64,000 nucleotides of DNA from an uncultured Chloroflexia bacterium. Lineage in GTDB: Bacteria > Chloroflexota > Ktedonobacteria > Ktedonobacterales > Ktedonobacteraceae. The stretch covers positions 204,934-268,933 of the forward strand of contig CAVQVR010000021.1 of NCBI GenBank assembly GCA_963717195.1, written 5' to 3'. The notes below the pieces were generated by a model. It was not told where the DNA came from, made no database searches, and saw only the letters and a program-made list of their open reading frames with translations. The translations under genes were made by a program, and so were the position numbers. Each line of letters starts with the position of its first letter. Positions within the stretch are counted from its first letter, which is position 1. Shown piece after piece: positions 49,112-57,838 of the stretch.

Positions 49112-50713
49112 ATGGATACCAGTACAGCTCCAAACGATATCACATGGCCCGAAGAGCGCGTCTTCCCACTATTTCAGCCATCGAAACATTTAGACATATA
49201 TAATGTGCATTCCGCCTCACGTGATGTGCAACTCTCTATTGCAACACTGGTTGGCTTGATTAATCGTCCACAGCCACGCGTCTACCTGCTCGATAGAGCA
49301 CACGATGCGTTCTGGTTGAAAGAGGCTCTCTCCTCTATTCCCCAGACGCTTTCTGCATTGACTCAAGACGCTATCTTGCACGATCTGTTGACAAAATATC
49401 GCTCTCTGGTTCATGGACTGGTTATTTATGATCCTGCACTTATCGATACAGCAAACATTGCTACGATGATAGCCGCTCAGCGCAATGGCATCGCGGTGGC
49501 ACCCGACCAGGCGCATGAGTTGCAACAAGTTCCGTACAATCTTTCAATTCTGACCGATCTACGTATTTATAAGTGGTCCAACCGCCTGCAAGCCTATCGT
49601 TGGGCAAAAGCTAACCTGCGCAATGGAGCAACTCATCGCCTGGTTGCTGGTCTGGACCCTAATATCTCTCTGGGTATACGTCCCTTTCTGGTTGCCACGC
49701 GCTCATTCATCTACTGGCTTGATCCGCTCGGCATCCTGCCTGATCTAAGAACTGGCCTGCTCTGTGAACGGGGTCTGATGCAGCAGATTATACAGAGTTA
49801 TGCACCAGATACAGCGGGACATTTCGGCTGGTTTATCCAGGAAGGTGCAGGAGTGAGCATCACTTCACGTGCAGCTATGCCAGTCTTCGCTACCGATTTC
49901 TATTCCAACCTTGAAGTATGGGGAAGTGTAAATACTATACAACCCGCTTTACCCAGCATTCAACAGGCCACACCGACGCCTGATCCTGGCAAAATCTATG
50001 TTTCGTTTACCATGAGCGAAGGCGACAATTTACAATATATTCAGGAGCGCCTCTTGCAATTGTGGCAGGATCCCAGACGTGGAACTCTTCCCATCGGGTG
50101 GCCTATCTCTGCCGTATTGCTTGAAGCCGCCCCCACTCTGCTAGATTACTATGCACGTACCGCAACTCCTGTTGACGAATTTCTCGCCGGACCCAGCGGT
50201 GTTGGGTATATGTATCCTGCCGTCTGGCCGGACAATCAACTTTCCTCATTTCTTGCCCACACTGGTCGCTTGATGCAAAGTATGAACCTGGTAGCGCTGG
50301 AGGTGTTAGACTCAAACTTTCGCCAGAATATCGGCCTCGCGTTGCGTGCTCTCCTCAAAGGTTCAGGGATGGCATTGATAGATAAAAAGATACAACAGCG
50401 CTACGCCGAGGAATTGAAACCCGCTGGCATACAGGGCATATTCAGCGGTGCGGGCCAGAAGAACGTCAGATGGAACATGTTCTCGAGTGTCCCCGTTTAT
50501 CAAAATCTGGGTGTTGCCAGCAGCATTGACGAGGCGCTCACTATGATCAAAAAGGGTATTGACGATTATAAGGGGCGTCCTGCATTTCTAAATTTGTATG
50601 TTCTGGCCTGGAAGGTGACGCCCTCTGATCTGGAGCAAGTAGCGACAAAACTGGGTGAAGGTTATGAAATTGTAACGCCAGGTGCATTGTTGACGCTGCT
50701 GTCGCACACGTAG
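49112..50713 (+). CDS. GxGYxYP-family putative glycoside hydrolase
   Basis: Contains GPSGVGYMYP (G-x-G-Y-x-Y-P) in a 533 aa protein. Confidence 0.55.
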   Translation: MDTSTAPNDITWPEERVFPLFQPSKHLDIYNVHSASRDVQLSIATLVGLINRPQPRVYLLDRAHDAFWLKEALSSIPQTLSALTQDAILHDLLTKYRSLVHGLVIYDPALIDTANIATMIAAQRNGIAVAPDQAHELQQVPYNLSILTDLRIYKWSNRLQAYRWAKANLRNGATHRLVAGLDPNISLGIRPFLVATRSFIYWLDPLGILPDLRTGLLCERGLMQQIIQSYAPDTAGHFGWFIQEGAGVSITSRAAMPVFATDFYSNLEVWGSVNTIQPALPSIQQATPTPDPGKIYVSFTMSEGDNLQYIQERLLQLWQDPRRGTLPIGWPISAVLLEAAPTLLDYYARTATPVDEFLAGPSGVGYMYPAVWPDNQLSSFLAHTGRLMQSMNLVALEVLDSNFRQNIGLALRALLKGSGMALIDKKIQQRYAEELKPAGIQGIFSGAGQKNVRWNMFSSVPVYQNLGVASSIDEALTMIKKGIDDYKGRPAFLNLYVLAWKVTPSDLEQVATKLGEGYEIVTPGALLTLLSHT

Positions 50714-50782
50714 GGGCCGTGTTTACAACACCCAGAAGAGTCCAATGATGAGACTTCTGGGTGTTGTAAACACGGCCCCTAC
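50710..50782. repeat. Long hairpin (29-bp arms, GTAGGGGCCGTGTTTACAACACCCAGAAG…) between convergent genes
   Basis: Perfect inverted repeat sharing the GTAGGGGCC core of the repeat family. Likely bidirectional terminator. Confidence 0.7.
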
Positions 50783-50791
50783 GTTTATGTT

Positions 50792-52036
50792 TTATCCACG
50801 CAAGCGGTCCAGCACAGGTGGCTGGCGTAACTTTGCTAGAGCGCCGGCCTCAATCTGGCGAACACGTTCGCGGGTGATCCCCAGTTCGCGTCCGACCTGT
50901 TCAAGAGGGTGAGCCTGGCTGTTACCCAGACCAAAGCGCAATTGCAAAACTAATTGTTCGCGTGGTGTCAAGACTGATTCTAGAACACGCTGCACTTCGT
51001 CTTTCAGCGTCTGAGTAGTTGCAAGATCTTCGGGAGAGGCAAATTCGGTATCAGCCAGTACATCGCCCAGTTCCTGCTCCTCATCTTCGCCGACAGGTAA
51101 TTCCAGGGAGACGGGAGCTCCGGGAGCTGCCTGAAGTTCGATCATGCGAATAGGATCAAGGCCAGTGGCTTCGGCCAATTCCTGTTCTGTGGGTTCGCGT
51201 CCTAATTCTTGCAAGAGACGTTGGCGTTCGCGGCGGATCCGGTTGAGGGCGGTATTGACGTACACGGGCAAGCGGATAGTACGGCCTTTATCAGCGACGG
51301 CTCGACTGATTGCCTGACGAATCCACCATGTTGCGTGCGTAGAAAAACGGTGTCCGCGCCGCCAGTCATAGCGTTGAACCGCGCGGATCAAGCCGATGTT
51401 GCCTTCCTGAATCAGGTCAAGCAAAGTCAGGCCACGACCCACATAGCGTTTCGCAATGCTAACAACCAGGCGGAGATTAGCCAGAATGAACTGTTTCATT
51501 GCATCCCGGTCGCCACCTTCGATGCGCTTGGCAAGCTCGATCTCGCGCTCATGAGTAATCATTGGCACGCGTCCGATCTCGCGCAGGTAGGTCATCACAG
51601 CATCAGACTCGCCTGCATCAGCGGAGTTTACTGGATTCTCTTCCTGGTCGTCCGAGCGACGGCGTCGTGCAGCGGAGCGACGCGCGGGATGCTCTTCTTC
51701 AGACCCAATCTGAGGAATTGCAAGGACAGTGTCGGCCTCTAGCTCAGATGCACCGGGCAAAGGAGTTAGATCTTCATGCGGATCTGGCATCTCTTCCAGT
51801 TCCAGAGGCCCGGTCTCCAGATCAAGAGGTCCCGTCTCCAGACCACTGAGGTCTTCTTCCATCTCTTGATCATCTTTTGGGGATGACCCCTCCACGTCAT
51901 CCTCAGGTGTATAGCCAAGATCCTTCCTAAGGAACGTATTCACGATATCGAGCGGTTCCTTCTCAGGACCTTTACGTTCTTGTGACTTGTGTATGGTAAG
52001 CGTTGTTCCCGTCATGGCACGCTCTAAGTCGATCAT
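50792..52036 (-). CDS. sigA: RNA polymerase sigma-70 factor, group 1/2 (RpoD/SigA-like) with acidic N-terminal region
   Basis: Regions 1.2-4: DAVMTYLREIGRVPMIT…LRLVVSIAKRYVGRGLTLLDLIQEGNIGLIRAV…FSTHATWWIRQAI…LTPREQLVLQLRFGL…. Confidence 0.85.
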   Translation of the reverse strand: MIDLERAMTGTTLTIHKSQERKGPEKEPLDIVNTFLRKDLGYTPEDDVEGSSPKDDQEMEEDLSGLETGPLDLETGPLELEEMPDPHEDLTPLPGASELEADTVLAIPQIGSEEEHPARRSAARRRRSDDQEENPVNSADAGESDAVMTYLREIGRVPMITHEREIELAKRIEGGDRDAMKQFILANLRLVVSIAKRYVGRGLTLLDLIQEGNIGLIRAVQRYDWRRGHRFSTHATWWIRQAISRAVADKGRTIRLPVYVNTALNRIRRERQRLLQELGREPTEQELAEATGLDPIRMIELQAAPGAPVSLELPVGEDEEQELGDVLADTEFASPEDLATTQTLKDEVQRVLESVLTPREQLVLQLRFGLGNSQAHPLEQVGRELGITRERVRQIEAGALAKLRQPPVLDRLRG

Positions 52037-52345
52037 TGTGCGCCTCCATGAAAAGTAATATCCTAAGCAGCAAGATATGTCTATCGTTCGTCGGTCTGGT
52101 CCTACACTCAGGGAAAGCTAGCTTTCTCCGTTCGGACCATGTTGTCCGAGTGCCGAGTGGGAGGAAATCAATGACGTGCATCCTGTCTCTACTAGTAGAA
52201 ACATGGCCAGGTCGGAAATTATTCCTACACCAATTATAACGCAACTCTCTCTTTCATTCTAGTGTTTCCGACGCTTTTTTGACATATCATTAGAAATATG
52301 CCTGTAGACAGACTCCCCTTTCAATCTTATACGTTTGACACCCCC

Positions 52346-53047
52346 TTAAGGTGGCAACGAGTCCGGCCTTTCCCGAATAATAGACACAGGCACCCGTAAA
52401 TTCCTTCTTTGCTTCTTATGCACTGTAGATGTGCCTCTCATTCTTTGCATCATACGTATGAGTCGGTAAGCAAGATAGAGTGCGATCAGGAGAACCAGGA
52501 TAAACAATGACGTGGTACCGATGACATCTCCTATCCCCTCCCAGCTTGCTCCAAATATGTAACCAAGGGCGAGGAAAATAACTACGCCCGCCGCCTCACC
52601 ACTGATATCGAGCAGTAAAAAACGCCGGTAAGGATACATTTCAGCTCCCGCCAGCAGATTTATTGTTCCGCCCAATGCCGATACAATAAAACGACTGAGA
52701 AAGATTGCCCATCCTCCTCGTTTGCTAAAATAAAGGCGCGAGTTCTGCAACGTTTGTGGCGAGATAAGATTGAAGCGGCGCGAGTGCTCAAGCCAGGCGA
52801 AGATACGTGTACCTACCAGATACCCGATCAAATAACCTGCACTATCGCCACAGACCGCCGCCGTCAGCGCAACTCCTCCCAATAGAAAAACATTGAAATC
52901 CCCCAGCGCCGCAAATGCACCTATCGCCAATAGCACAAAGCTGATCGGAAGTGGAATACCCACGGCAGCCACAAAAATGCTAAGCCAGAGCGCCGGATAA
53001 CCAGCCTGTTCGACCCACGAAATCAAGACGGGAAGGAATGCAGTCAT
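52346..53047 (-). CDS. DedA/SNARE-associated family membrane protein
   Basis: Characteristic DedA helices …GYPALWLSIFVAAVGIPLPISFVLLAIGAFA…. Confidence 0.8.
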   Translation of the reverse strand: MTAFLPVLISWVEQAGYPALWLSIFVAAVGIPLPISFVLLAIGAFAALGDFNVFLLGGVALTAAVCGDSAGYLIGYLVGTRIFAWLEHSRRFNLISPQTLQNSRLYFSKRGGWAIFLSRFIVSALGGTINLLAGAEMYPYRRFLLLDISGEAAGVVIFLALGYIFGASWEGIGDVIGTTSLFILVLLIALYLAYRLIRMMQRMRGTSTVHKKQRRNLRVPVSIIRERPDSLPP

Positions 53048-53484
53048 TGTTTATTCCCCCTCACCTGATCTTTCTTATTCATCATAAGAGCAAACGCAGG
53101 CATAGCTGTCAGAGAATGAAGCTTTCGGTACGCGAGAATTGCCTGTTGAACTTCGCTAATAAGATGACTGGTCGGCTGTTTATACCGTGTGGCAAGCACT
53201 TCTAACGTCGTATGACGCAACGTACGTGAATTGGAAAGGTGCAACTGACTATAAAGATATGTTTCGGGAACGCGATAGGTGTGAGCAATATAAGGAATTG
53301 TCATCCATTGATCCACCGTGCGTACATCACCAGAATTTGCCATAGCATTTTGTTGGCGAAATTTTTGCACTGTTTGCATAGTAGACTTCGCAGAGAAAGC
53401 TACACAAAAAAGTGCCAGTAACAACAAAATGAAAGTAAGGATAAATTTTGTACGCAAGCTCAAAGGACAAACTCCACAGTTCAC
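53044..53484 (-). CDS. Hypothetical protein with N-terminal signal/anchor
   Basis: Hydrophobic N-terminus (FILTFILLLLALFCVAFSA). Its stop overlaps the DedA start (ATGA). Confidence 0.35.
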   Translation of the reverse strand: MNCGVCPLSLRTKFILTFILLLLALFCVAFSAKSTMQTVQKFRQQNAMANSGDVRTVDQWMTIPYIAHTYRVPETYLYSQLHLSNSRTLRHTTLEVLATRYKQPTSHLISEVQQAILAYRKLHSLTAMPAFALMMNKKDQVRGNKQ

Positions 53485-53776
53485 TCACCCTTGCACATCT
53501 CTTTTATAGACTGAAAGAGATATGAATATAGTAAAAGAATAACAGATCATCTCGATTATATCAATGTTCATCTCTCACATATCATCTACAAACTAAAACG
53601 TTCCCGCACCCGGTTACGGTTCATTGGGTCTCAATGATGGTAGAGGCCTCACCCTGGCGGGATGCAAACCTCAACTCATTCCATATATTGACGAGTAAAG
53701 CAAGAAGCTGTACACTAGATGAAATATCACTGCCCTTCTTGATATTACTCTTTGCTATCAAATATGGTACATAATA

Positions 53777-54232
53777 ATGGAAATGAGCACACCCATAGAG
53801 CCTTTAAAGGTGGCGATCAAACGTATTGATCCAGCACTGCCTTTGCCAATGCACGCAACTACTGGATCAGTTGGCTTTGATCTGTATTGCCGCGCGGAGA
53901 TGGAGGTCATGCCACGCCAACTGGCACGTATTCCCGCCAACCTGGTCGTCTGTACTCCACCTGGTTACATGCTCTTGATTACAATGCGTAGCAGTACGGC
54001 ACATCGCAAAGGGTTACTGATCCCTAATGGTGTAGGGGTCGTCGATCAGGATTACTGTGGAGAGGGTGACGAACTGCTAATATCGGTGTATAATTTTAAA
54101 GATGAAGCCGTGTTCGTCCATTATGGAGAACGTATTGCACAGGGAATCTTTGTCCCGATTATGCGCGTTGCCTGGCAAGAAGTCGATGCTATGGGTCAGG
54201 CGCGTGGAGGCTTTGGAAGTACAGGTGCATAA
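53777..54232 (+). CDS. dut: dUTP diphosphatase
   Basis: …TTGSVGFDLY… and …GVVDQDYCGE… motifs. The start could instead be the ATG at 53783. Confidence 0.85.
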   Translation: MEMSTPIEPLKVAIKRIDPALPLPMHATTGSVGFDLYCRAEMEVMPRQLARIPANLVVCTPPGYMLLITMRSSTAHRKGLLIPNGVGVVDQDYCGEGDELLISVYNFKDEAVFVHYGERIAQGIFVPIMRVAWQEVDAMGQARGGFGSTGA

Positions 54233-54582
54233 TGCCGCTAGCTGATTATTATGCCATTCTGGAAGTTCCCAGAAACGCGTCGCTTGAGCAGATCAAGCGC
54301 TCTTATCGTCGCCTGGCTCGCCTGTATCATCCAGATGTAAATCAACAGGCCCAGGACGATCGTATCAAACAACTTAACGAGGCGTATAATGTGCTCGGCG
54401 ACCTGGCCCGGCGTGCTGCTTACGATGCCATGTTCCTGCAAGAACTACGCTATGCAGCTCTGCAGGAATTAGTGCGCCGCCAACGTGAAGAGGCGCATCG
54501 CAGGCAACAGGAGAAGATAACCTGGACGCAGGGCGTCGTCGGTTTCGTAAAAGAATTTAAAAAAGCCCTGCGCGAAGATTAA
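54232..54582 (+). CDS. J-domain protein (DnaJ-like, J domain only)
   Basis: DYYAILEVPRNASLEQIKRSYRRLARLYHPDVN (HPD motif). Overlaps the dut stop by 1 nt. Confidence 0.8.
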   Translation: MPLADYYAILEVPRNASLEQIKRSYRRLARLYHPDVNQQAQDDRIKQLNEAYNVLGDLARRAAYDAMFLQELRYAALQELVRRQREEAHRRQQEKITWTQGVVGFVKEFKKALRED

Positions 54583-54587
54583 TCTCT

Positions 54588-55127
54588 CTATTGCTCTTCA
54601 AGCAAACTAATCAAAGTCTGCTCATAGACCCCATAGTCATCGTTACTGAAAAGCACGAACATTACTTGCTGCACACTGGTCGGGCTCTTAATATGATCGA
54701 TCACCGTCTGTAAGGCAATAGGTGCTGCCTCTTTAAGAGGATAACCGTAGACACCTGTACTGATCGATGGAAAAGCAATGCTGGCAACGTGATGCTGTTC
54801 CGCCAGATCAAGACATGATTGGTATGCGCCGGCAAGCAACTGCGCCGCGTCGCGATGATGTCCGTAAATAGGGCCGACGGCATGAAAAACATATTTTGCC
54901 TTAAGCCGACCAGCCGATGTCGCAACAGCTCTCCCGGTGAGGCACCCGCCAATCTTGTGGCATTCCTCCATAAGAGTAGGACCAGCGGCACGATGAATTG
55001 CGCCATCGACACCACCACCCCCCGCGAGGGCAGAGTTCGCCGCGTTCACAATAGCATCAACCTGCACATCGACAATGTTTCCACGCAGCAGGACGAGTGT
55101 CGTCCCACGAAATTTGTATGTTGACAT
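54588..55127 (-). CDS. Macro domain protein (O-acetyl-ADP-ribose deacetylase-like)
   Basis: …VDAIVNAANSALAGGGGVDGAIHRAAGP… and …IAFPSISTGVYGYP…. ATG 55127 has a ggaag RBS. Confidence 0.85.
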   Translation of the reverse strand: MSTYKFRGTTLVLLRGNIVDVQVDAIVNAANSALAGGGGVDGAIHRAAGPTLMEECHKIGGCLTGRAVATSAGRLKAKYVFHAVGPIYGHHRDAAQLLAGAYQSCLDLAEQHHVASIAFPSISTGVYGYPLKEAAPIALQTVIDHIKSPTSVQQVMFVLFSNDDYGVYEQTLISLLEEQ

Positions 55128-55210
55128 AATAACTTCCATTTGTTTATCTCATGTTGTGTGTATCTTGAACTATTGTACCCTGTAGAAGAAGAAGATACCA
55201 GGGGGTGAGG

Positions 55211-55270
55211 AAACAGGGGTAGGGGCGTCATCTTGCATGCGCACGCAAGGTGACGCCCCTACCCCTGTTT
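55211..55270. repeat. Nested palindrome hairpin (AAACAGGGGTAGGGGCGTCA…TGACGCCCCTACCCCTGTTT)
   Basis: Perfect 20-bp arms with an internal palindrome. Sits between hup and the macro gene. Same GTAGGGG core. Confidence 0.7.
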
Positions 55271-55304
55271 AAAATTGTGGCAGTGAGGAATACATCACAA
55301 CAAA

Positions 55305-55616
55305 CTACTTTTTGACAACGGCCTCCGAAAGTTCTTTGCCTGGGAAGAAGCGTACACGTTCTTTCGCGGGCACCTCGATTGGTTTTCGGTCGCGTGGATT
55401 GACCCCCTTACGTGCGGCACTCTGGCGTACTTTGAAAGAGCCAAAGCCCACTAGACGTACCTCTTCACCATCCTGAAGTGCTTCACGGATGACATCAAGA
55501 GTTGCCTCCAGCACTTCAGAAGCCTGCTTTTGGGATAGTTTTGCTTGTTTGGCAATGCGCTTGGAAAGCTCTTGCCTACCGATAGTTGTTACATTTGCTT
55601 TTTGAGTCTCGGCCAT
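55305..55616 (-). CDS. hup: HU family DNA-binding protein
   Basis: …RIAKQAKLSQKQASEVLEATLDVI…VRLVGFGSFKVRQSAARKGVNPRDRKPIEVPA… and about 100 aa length. Confidence 0.9.
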   Translation of the reverse strand: MAETQKANVTTIGRQELSKRIAKQAKLSQKQASEVLEATLDVIREALQDGEEVRLVGFGSFKVRQSAARKGVNPRDRKPIEVPAKERVRFFPGKELSEAVVKK

Positions 55617-55867
55617 AGGTTCGAAATCCTCCTTGCAACAATCAACACACGTCGCTTTTCATCCCAATTTTTCATTTGTTGGGCCTGTAGAGCGGCATTA
55701 CAACCTCACTGCCGATAGGAGTATAGCATGTGAATTTAAGAAATACAAGCATACCACTATCTCTAAATAACTACTAGAGAGAGTAAAACCGCCCCAGAAG
55801 CCAATCTAAACCTATCAAGCAATTTAAAAATGGCTTCACAGGCCAATCGAGCGAACGCTATTTTTTA

Positions 55868-56908
55868 TCATATAATTGAGTAGAGAATCGTTTCGTCTTT
55901 TGTGTGACGCTGTTCAATCTTTCTTTGAAAACGGAGATATTCAAGGTGCGCCAATACCTCAGCAACTGCCATACGCCTTGCTTCATCGTTCTGCAATGTA
56001 CGTTGCTGGAATAGTTGATTCGTCAGTTGATTGGCATGTTGGGGCTCTAGTGCGAGCAGGTCTAGTATCTGCTGCAAACGCACTGCATGATGCGCTATAA
56101 TTTCTCCCACACGACCTTCCAGATCAGTAAATGGCTCTCCATGGCCGGGCAACACTTTACTAACGGGCCATTTTGCCACCTTGTTGAGCGAGTTTAGATA
56201 ATCATCCAGAGGATTCTTTCGTTCCCGATCCGAGTAAAGACCAATATTCGGTGTGATACGTGGCAGGACATGATCAGCGGCGAGAAAGATTCCATCTCGC
56301 TCGCGGAAGAGGCAGATCTGTCCATCAGCATGCCCTGGCGTCCAGATAACACGGTAGCTTTCACCCATGAGCTCAAAATCCTGTCCATCCTCAAGTGGAA
56401 GAAATGCCTCATGAGGTGGAACATTAATAAGATGGCGTATGGTTTCTTGATCGGTCTGGTTATACCACAACCTGGTAGGCGGAAGTCCGTGTTGCTGAAA
56501 GAAATGCGAAACATATTCAAAGCGCTTCGGCATAGTGCCTGACCAGATAATTTGCAAGGTAGCTTCGTCAATGGGGTGCATATAGACAGGAGCGCCACTT
56601 TGTGCCTGCAGCTCGCCCGACAATCCAACATGATCAGGATGGTGATGCGTCAATATAATAGCCCGTAGCGTGTCAATTCGTAAACCACTCAGATGTTGCC
56701 ATTCTTCAAATGCTGCACGCGCATCTGGCGTTCCCATCCCTGTATCAATTAATGCCCAACCATCCTTTCCTACCAGTGCATAAGCGTTAACAGTTTTTAG
56801 CGGAAACGGAATGGGCAAGGTGATTTTCCAGAGGTTCGGCACTACTTCACGCGCTACAGGTAACGTTATGTCATTGGAACGGGGTGGCTCCGGAAATGGC
56901 TGGTGCAT
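55868..56908 (-). CDS. MBL-fold metallo-hydrolase
   Basis: ILTHHHPDHVGLSG (HxHxDH). The ORF-track start at 57031 (GTG) reads through the upstream palindrome. ATG 56908 is preferred. Confidence 0.7.
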   Translation of the reverse strand: MHQPFPEPPRSNDITLPVAREVVPNLWKITLPIPFPLKTVNAYALVGKDGWALIDTGMGTPDARAAFEEWQHLSGLRIDTLRAIILTHHHPDHVGLSGELQAQSGAPVYMHPIDEATLQIIWSGTMPKRFEYVSHFFQQHGLPPTRLWYNQTDQETIRHLINVPPHEAFLPLEDGQDFELMGESYRVIWTPGHADGQICLFRERDGIFLAADHVLPRITPNIGLYSDRERKNPLDDYLNSLNKVAKWPVSKVLPGHGEPFTDLEGRVGEIIAHHAVRLQQILDLLALEPQHANQLTNQLFQQRTLQNDEARRMAVAEVLAHLEYLRFQRKIEQRHTKDETILYSII

Positions 56909-57000
56909 GGTAGGGGTATGTCCTTTTTTGTACGCTCGATGAGGGTCATTAAGATCCCCAGATGATTCTAGTTGATTGTAAAATTTTATGTAATGCTCTG

Positions 57001-57049
57001 TCAAATGGTCAGAACGGGGTAGGGGTGTCACCCCGTTCTGACCATTTGA
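57001..57049. repeat. Palindromic hairpin TCAAATGGTCAGAACGGGG-taggggtgtca-CCCCGTTCTGACCATTTGA
   Basis: 19-bp perfect arms. The loop carries the TAGGGGTG motif. Confidence 0.7.
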
Positions 57050-57205
57050 ATTGTGTCTAGCTATTGTAGAGTATTCTTTATAAACTCATTCGTAGTACTT
57101 TGCCGCTGGCCAAAATGAAGTTTTATAGTCACAACAGTCTTCCACAAAAAAAGATATGCGCCCGTAAAGTTTGTTATACCCTGGTACAGAGTTATATATG
57201 AAAAG

Positions 57206-57249
57206 TTATCCACAAGTTATCCACCATTCTTAAGGAAATTGGTGGATAA
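57206..57249. promoter_or_regulatory. Cluster of three DnaA-box-like 9-mers (TTATCCACA, TTATCCACC, inverted GGTGGATAA) upstream of mraZ
   Basis: agTTATCCACAagTTATCCACCattcttaaggaaattGGTGGATAAc. A perfect E. coli-type DnaA box plus two one-mismatch copies lie within 44 bp. Confidence 0.4.
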
Positions 57250-57274
57250 CACTCTTTTCCCAAAGCGACAGAAA

Positions 57275-57332
57275 TGGTACAATGAAGTGGGGGGAAGTGG
57301 GGCGTTTTGGTGAACCTGGCGAGTTGGTGGGG
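57275..57332 (+). promoter_or_regulatory. Putative dcw promoter (extended -10 TGgTACAAT) followed by GTGGGG direct repeats with 10-bp phasing (MraZ-operator-like)
   Basis: tggtacaat at 57275-57283. GTGGGGGG at 57287, GTGGGG at 57297, degenerate GGTGAA at 57309, GTGGGG at 57327. Confidence 0.5.
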
Positions 57333-57412
57333 AATATCGGTGAAGATTACAGGAAAAGGGTGCGGCTTCTGCGGGAGTCATCTCCATGGCTCAAGGAAAA
57401 AGGCACATAATT

Positions 57413-57820
57413 ATGTTTCTTGGCGAGTATGAACATACGATCGATGCGAAAGGGCGCATGGCGGTCCCAGCAAAATTCCGGACTCAGATGGACCGTGGTG
57501 CGGTTATTAGCAAAGGCATGGGAACCTGCCTTTCGATCTACACCATGGAACGCTGGGAGCAGAAGTCCGATGAGCTGGTGGCAGGCAAGGCCAGCGACGA
57601 GTTACGCGACTTCGAACGACGCATCTATCCAAGTGCAAGCGAGGTGGAACTGGATGGACAGGGACGCATTGTTATTCCCGCCAAGTTACGGACCTATGCA
57701 AATCTAGAGACCGATATAACGATAGCTGGCGTGCGTGATCATTTTGAAATATGGGATCGCACCGCCTGGCAAACTTATCAAGAACGACTGGATGCCGAAG
57801 GGAGTAGAATCCCCTTCTAA
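57413..57820 (+). CDS. mraZ: Transcriptional regulator MraZ
   Basis: MFLGEYEHTIDAKGRMAVPAKFR… and a second DxxGR half-domain (ELDGQGRIVIPAKLR). Start at ATG 57413 with an aaaaagg RBS. Confidence 0.9.
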   Translation: MFLGEYEHTIDAKGRMAVPAKFRTQMDRGAVISKGMGTCLSIYTMERWEQKSDELVAGKASDELRDFERRIYPSASEVELDGQGRIVIPAKLRTYANLETDITIAGVRDHFEIWDRTAWQTYQERLDAEGSRIPF

Positions 57821-57838
57821 AAATAGAGAAATTTCTTT

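Noticed and set aside
55868-57031. GTG start at 57031 for the MBL hydrolase
   Set aside because: The N-terminal 41 codons read straight through the palindromic repeat at 57001-57049 (VTPLPRSDHL is the palindrome). An internal ATG at 56908 is more plausible.
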